Below are positions 59,907 through 64,000 of a stretch of DNA of 64,000 bases, in pieces. Under the pieces are notes generated by a model that was not told the origin of the DNA, did not search any database, and saw only the letters and a list, made by a program, of their open reading frames with translations. The stretch covers positions 3,690,784-3,754,783 of the forward strand of contig OY970309.1 in assembly GCA_963716395.1 (NCBI GenBank), read 5' to 3'. Origin of the DNA: an uncultured Fibrobacteria bacterium. GTDB lineage: Bacteria > Fibrobacterota > Fibrobacteria > UBA11236. The translations under genes and the position numbers were made by a program. Within the stretch, counting starts at the first letter, position 1. Each line of letters opens with the position of its first letter.

Positions 59907-59936
59907 AAAAGCCTCCCAGAAATGGGAGGCTTTTTT
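59907..59936. terminator. Bidirectional intrinsic terminator
   Basis: AAAA-GCCTCCCA-GAAA-TGGGAGGC-TTTTTT. Confidence 0.9.
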
Positions 59937-60002
59937 ATGATTTTTGTCGCAGGGAAATCTGTGAAAAACCCGAAGCAAGGAATTAGCGCGAGCGCCCGCT
60001 GC

Positions 60003-60221
60003 TTAATGATAGGGTGCTCTAACCTTCTGCTCCGAGGCGAGGCGACCCGGGTTTTCGGCGCACTTGGCCTCCCAAATCCTGACAACACTTGATTTGTTTT
60101 TTGGATAAACGCAAACGGTTTGGCAATCATATCCATCCGGGATTAAATCAATTTTGGAAGACAAAGATTGCGCGCAACCCATCAATAAAAGTGCTCCAAC
60201 GGAAAGTCCTAAAATTTTCAT
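60003..60221 (-). CDS. Small hypothetical lipoprotein (72 aa)
   Basis: SD GAGGGG; MKILGLSVGALLLMG|C lipobox. Confidence 0.6.
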   Translation of the reverse strand: MKILGLSVGALLLMGCAQSLSSKIDLIPDGYDCQTVCVYPKNKSSVVRIWEAKCAENPGRLASEQKVRAPYH

Positions 60222-60435
60222 TTCCCCTCGACCAAATGAAAGCAGAACCACACGCTTGCAATAATGCCGCATAAGAGGAAGGCCAAATAAGAGACGGCCC
60301 CGACGAAATCCTTGCGCTCTTCCGATTGCATGCGGCACAATTTTCTGACAGGATTAATTCATTGTCAAGTGGAAAAAGCGCATCGGCGTAACTCGCCTCC
60401 ATTCCATTGCCCAGGCGGACCATGCCCCCGCTGGT

Positions 60436-61757
60436 CTTATCAATCCCCTCATATTTTCAAATGATTCCCAAGACTTGTCGGAAGATGGCCTGTTCGGCCA
60501 AGAGTTCGGAGAATTTTCGTATGAGCACGCGTAGCCGTTCGGTTTTCATACCGGGGAGCAAAGCGTAATAGATACAGCCTTGCCGGAAACAGGAATAGGT
60601 TCTCTTCTTCTTCTCCGTGTTGGCCTTGTTATACCGCTCCAAACCCAGCGCATCTCCCGCCGCCCCAAGTAACGTCAGCAAAGCTATCGCCAAGGCGCTG
60701 ATGAGGAAAAGTCGATCGCGCCGGTCCGTGGACCGGGTATGAATCTTCTTCATTCCCATTCCGCACTTATAATCCTTGATGTCCTTGAAAGAGGATTCAA
60801 TGCCCCACCTTTTCCCGTACCACCCGACTAACGCCTCGGAAGACAAATCTTCCCGACTGGAAACCAGGCACCACGCCTCATTCATCTCCTGGCGTTGGAG
60901 GAAAATCACCACTGGAACCGGCGTATTCTTTCCGCTCACCGTTGCGTTTCTTAACGTACGCATCCGGCCATTGGAGGGAACCCATTCAAAACCTTGTTTC
61001 TTCTCGCCTTTTTCATCCGTCACGTGGATGTTCTCGCGGAAACGAATGACGTAATCGAACCCCAAATCCACCTTGAGGGAAACAAAAAGATTGGAATCAC
61101 AAAACCCCCGATCGGCCAGAACCGTGACGCGCACGTCGGAAGGTAAGGCTTCCTTGAGCTTTGCCAAAACAGAATCCTCGTGCATGTTCCGATTGTCTTT
61201 CAAGGTTGCTTTTTCCACCGTGGTCCAGATCATCGGCGTGCCGCGGCCATGGCTCGTAATCTGGCTGAGCATCAAGGTGGAGTGTCCATCGGCGTCGAAT
61301 TCTGTCCAGTCGAGGGCGACGATGATTTCTTTTTTGTCTCCCACCAAGTAGGGGACCCAATCGTTGAAGAGGTCCCAGACTTCCAGCTTGCAGTTGCTCA
61401 AAAGACGATCGACCTGTTTGATGCAATGGTTGCGCTCCAGGTCCTTGGCCTGGGCCAAGCCTTGCCCGATAAGGTGAATAGCCAGGGATTCGGCGCGTAG
61501 GGTTCCCAGGGTAGCATTTGCCAGAGAAAGAACGCGCTTGGGATGCATGGAGTTGCCAAAATGTCATCCACAAAGCCAAGTATTTTCGAGTAGTGAATCA
61601 CTTCGCAGCGGCTTAACGAGACTTGCATTCATCCTCCTTGGCGGAGGAATAAAAGCGAACTAATGGAGCGAAGTCGTGACCGCTCAAGTAGTAGATTAAT
61701 CCGTTGATGTATTTCCTACGTAATCGATCGGTTACCCTTTATGAGGGGAGCTATAAG
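60436..61757 (-). mobile_element. IS4-family (IS10-like) insertion sequence, 1322 bp
   Basis: IRs CTTATCAATCCCCTCATA / CTTATAGCTCCCCTCATA (15/18); 9-bp target duplication CCCGCTGGT (60427) / CCCGCTGGG (61758). Confidence 0.9.
60457..61628 (-). CDS. IS4-family DDE transposase with apparent N-terminal frameshift at ~61558-61561
   Basis: ALDWT, LADRGF, Y.KRWGIESSFKDIK (YREK motif); the strong SD precedes ATG 61628, which is out of frame with the main ORF 60457-61548. Confidence 0.88.
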
Positions 61758-61872
61758 CCCGCTGGGGGCTCTCGCGCGAAGTCCACCAAAAATTCCCCCA
61801 GGCTTTCCAGCGGGTAACTATGTGCAGAAACATCAAGAGCGGCTACTATCGTTGTACGGAGCGCCATTTGAT

Positions 61873-61894
61873 ACCGCGCCGCTTTCGGCGCGGT
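61873..61894 (-). terminator. GC hairpin after the RRM gene (no U-tract)
   Basis: ACCGCGCCG-4 nt-CGGCGCGGT. Confidence 0.45.
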
Positions 61895-61914
61895 CGTTCA
61901 TTGATACGAGGTTT

Positions 61915-62199
61915 TCACCATCGTCGGGAACCGCCATTGCCGCCACGAGGACGATCCTCACGAGGACGGGCTTCATTTACATTCATTTGACGCCCCTTCA
62001 CCTCTTTGCCATTCAAACTTTCAATTGCTTTTTGGGCCTCGCTATCATTTGGCATGTCAACGAAGGCAAAACCGCGAGGCTTTCCCGTCTCCCTGTCCAT
62101 CATTACCTTTGCGGAACTTACTTGCCCAAATGCTGCAAAAGTCTGTTCCAAGTCGTCTTGGGATACGTCCCACGATAAATTGCCTACGAACAAGTTCAT
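61915..62199 (-). CDS. RRM-domain RNA-binding protein
   Basis: RNP2 LFVGNL, RNP1 RGFAFVDM, VNEARPRE, Gly/Arg tail; SD AAGGA. Confidence 0.95.
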   Translation of the reverse strand: MNLFVGNLSWDVSQDDLEQTFAAFGQVSSAKVMMDRETGKPRGFAFVDMPNDSEAQKAIESLNGKEVKGRQMNVNEARPREDRPRGGNGGSRRW

Positions 62200-62410
62200 A
62201 ATTATTTCCTTATTTATACTGAGTGAATCTTCATATTGAAGGCCCTGTTGTAAGGTGTAAGGCCCGACATGAGCCCGGAAATTTAGAATAAAAAATAAAA
62301 AAACGATGGCTTTAAATTTAAAAGGCGCAAAAAGAGTGCCGCATTCTAGCCCAAAATGCCAATTAAACAACCACGGGTATAGCCCATGGCTTCAATTGAT
62401 CTCCCCCGAG

Positions 62411-63207
62411 TGTTAACGGCGGAGTGAAATTGTACCCCTAGGACGGCCACCTTTATTGGCTGTGGCGGAGCAAAAGTGTGCCGCCGAATTCCTTTCGTTC
62501 AGTCCTCCAATTTTTTGGACTGGACGAAAGGCGGGGGGATGTACAACGTGGATGTATACAGTCGAATTCGGCGGGCGTGTCATGTGGAGGGGATGAGCAT
62601 TCGAGAGGCCGCCCGGCAATTTGGCCTGCACCGCAGCACCATCAAGAAGATCCTTTCGTTTTCCCTCCCACCGGGCTATCGGCGTTCAAAGCCGATACAT
62701 CGCCCTAAGCTCGAAGGCTTCACCGGCTTTATCGATGCCTGGCTTTTGGGGGATAAGACAACTCCCAAGAAGCAGCACCATACCGCCAAACGCGTTTTTG
62801 AACGCTTGCGGGACGAACACGGCTTTCTGGGTGGCTATACCATCGTCAAGGACTATGTGCGAGAAAAGATGCTCCACTGCCGCGAAGTGTTCGTGCCATT
62901 GGCTCATCCGCCCGGCCATGCTCAGGCCGATTTTGGCGAAGCGTTGGTGGTGATAGGCGGGGTCAAGCAAAAGGCTCATTTCCTCGCCATCGACTTACCG
63001 CACAGCGATGCCTGCTTCGTCAAGGCGTATCCTACCGAATGTTCGGAGTCCTTCTGTGACGGCCACAACGCCGCCTTCGCGTTCTTCGGGGGAGTTCCGC
63101 AGTCCATTCTTTACGACAACACCAAAATAGCTGTGGCCCAAATCCTGGGCGAAGGGAAGCGCGTGCGTTCGCGCATCTTCTCCGAACTCCAATCCCACTA
63201 CTTGTTC
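62411..63207 (+). mobile_element. IS21-family element, left part (interrupted)
   Basis: Left end TGTTAACGGCGGAGTGAAATTGTACC with internal repeat GGCGGAGCAAAAGTGTGCC (62464), followed by istA. Confidence 0.85.
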
Positions 63208-63216
63208 GGACCTTAA
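62539..63216 (+). pseudogene. istA: IstA transposase truncated after SHYLF
   Basis: HTH SIREAAR, GGYTIVKDY, QADFG, FFGGVP..ILYDN; the final catalytic Glu region is missing. Confidence 0.85.
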
Positions 63217-63259
63217 AAACCTCCTTGAAACTGTAGGGTTTCGAAAAAGGTGAGTGGCT

Positions 63260-64000
63260 GTAGAATAGCCCGCGGGAATTTCACCCGCAGGCCCTCGCAG
63301 AACCGTACGTGAGACTCTCGCCTCATACGGCTCCCATGTTTCAGCCATGGGGTCGAACACCGTTTTGCCAAAGAACAAATAGGTTTTTGTTCTTCTGCGC
63401 TATTCCAGCCAACCACTGTATGGCTGCGCCGAAACGGCCTTTCAACCCTCGATATTTCTTCCCTGCCCATAAGGCTAGCGTCTTATTGAAATGCTGTAAG
63501 ACACGAGCACATCTTGACCGACTGAATCGGGCATAGTAGTTCCACCACCCTCGAAGTGTCGGATTCACCAACTTAGCGATATCCGCCAAACTTTGGTTAC
63601 TCCGTTCGGAAGTTATCCGCCAATTGCGAATACCTTCCCTCACTTTGTTGGCCGCTTTGGCGCTCATTGCTGGAAGAAAGTTTACAAACAACTTTCCCCA
63701 GTGGGTCTTCGCTCGTCGAGCCTGAAAGGTATAGCCCAAGAAATCAAACGATGTATTCGTATAATCTCCGAGCCTATCGTCATCTTTGCAGTACACAATC
63801 TTTGTTTTCACTGGGTGAACATCTAGACTGCATTGCAATAGACGCTTGCGAATAGCCTCCAACAATTGTCTGGCTTCCTCTTCCCCTCCGCAATGAACAA
63901 TTATGTCATCCGCGTAACGTTCAAACTGGACAGCCGGATGTTCCCGACTCATCCACGCATCAAACGCATAATGCAGGAAAAGATTGGCTAGGAGCGGACT
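63260..64000 (-). mobile_element. Group II intron, 3' part (probably bacterial class D type)
   Basis: Domain V GAGCCGTATGAGGCGAGAGTCTCACGTACGGTTC (63333-63300); domain VI ends GGCTATTCTAC at 63260. Confidence 0.93.
63341..64000 (-). CDS. ltrA: Group II intron reverse transcriptase/maturase (5' part outside window; no En domain)
   Basis: SPLLANLFLH, RYADD, FDFLGYTF, X domain LVNPTLRGWWNYY. Confidence 0.95.
   Translation of the reverse strand, partial: SPLLANLFLHYAFDAWMSREHPAVQFERYADDIIVHCGGEEEARQLLEAIRKRLLQCSLDVHPVKTKIVYCKDDDRLGDYTNTSFDFLGYTFQARRAKTHWGKLFVNFLPAMSAKAANKVREGIRNWRITSERSNQSLADIAKLVNPTLRGWWNYYARFSRSRCARVLQHFNKTLALWAGKKYRGLKGRFGAAIQWLAGIAQKNKNLFVLWQNGVRPHG

Noticed and set aside
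59937-60010. Possible integron attC after the small lipoprotein gene
   Set aside because: No RYYYAAC...GTTRRRY pair with complementary arms, and no integrase
60148-60423. 91-aa minus-strand ORF next to the IS
   Set aside because: No motif, and it overlaps the better-supported lipoprotein gene
63341-64000. RT as a retron, DGR or defence RT
   Set aside because: The X domain and adjacent domains V/VI identify a group II intron

Overview
GC-rich, gene-dense chromosome segment from a diderm bacterium (lptF/lptG, bamD, cpoB present; gene content suggests Fibrobacterota, by inference). Positions 1-59.7 kb are mostly core genes: rho, gatB, trmB, der, plsY, a ubiE-ubiX-ubiA-type quinone operon, tRNA-Phe, greB, sppA, mpaA/epimerase, def, SRP RNA, tadA, nadD, purC, purH, trmFO, tatD, miaA, cysM, ligA and tRNA-Gly. 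This part also holds a type II secretion/type IV pilus-like cluster (7.6-16.4 kb) and an exported TldD/TldE-like pair. After tRNA-Gly (~59.9 kb) GC content drops and mobile DNA accumulates: an IS10-like IS4 element, a truncated IS21, and the 3' part of a group II intron. No CRISPR array or rRNA was seen. Best leads: (1) a SprT-like HExxH protease with an N-terminal QLSLF beta-clamp motif, plus an EndoQ-UvrD fusion with the same motif beside ligA; (2) an ACP-fold protein with Tyr replacing the phosphopantetheine Ser; (3) a pseudopilin with tandem EF-hand loops; (4) an ATP-grasp/MiaA/Nudix operon; (5) widespread leaderless starts and bidirectional -10 boxes; (6) a stem-TCGAC..GCTC-stem repeat family; (7) a decayed tRNA-Gly copy carrying a hairpin. 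All calls come from motif recognition by eye; no database searches were run.
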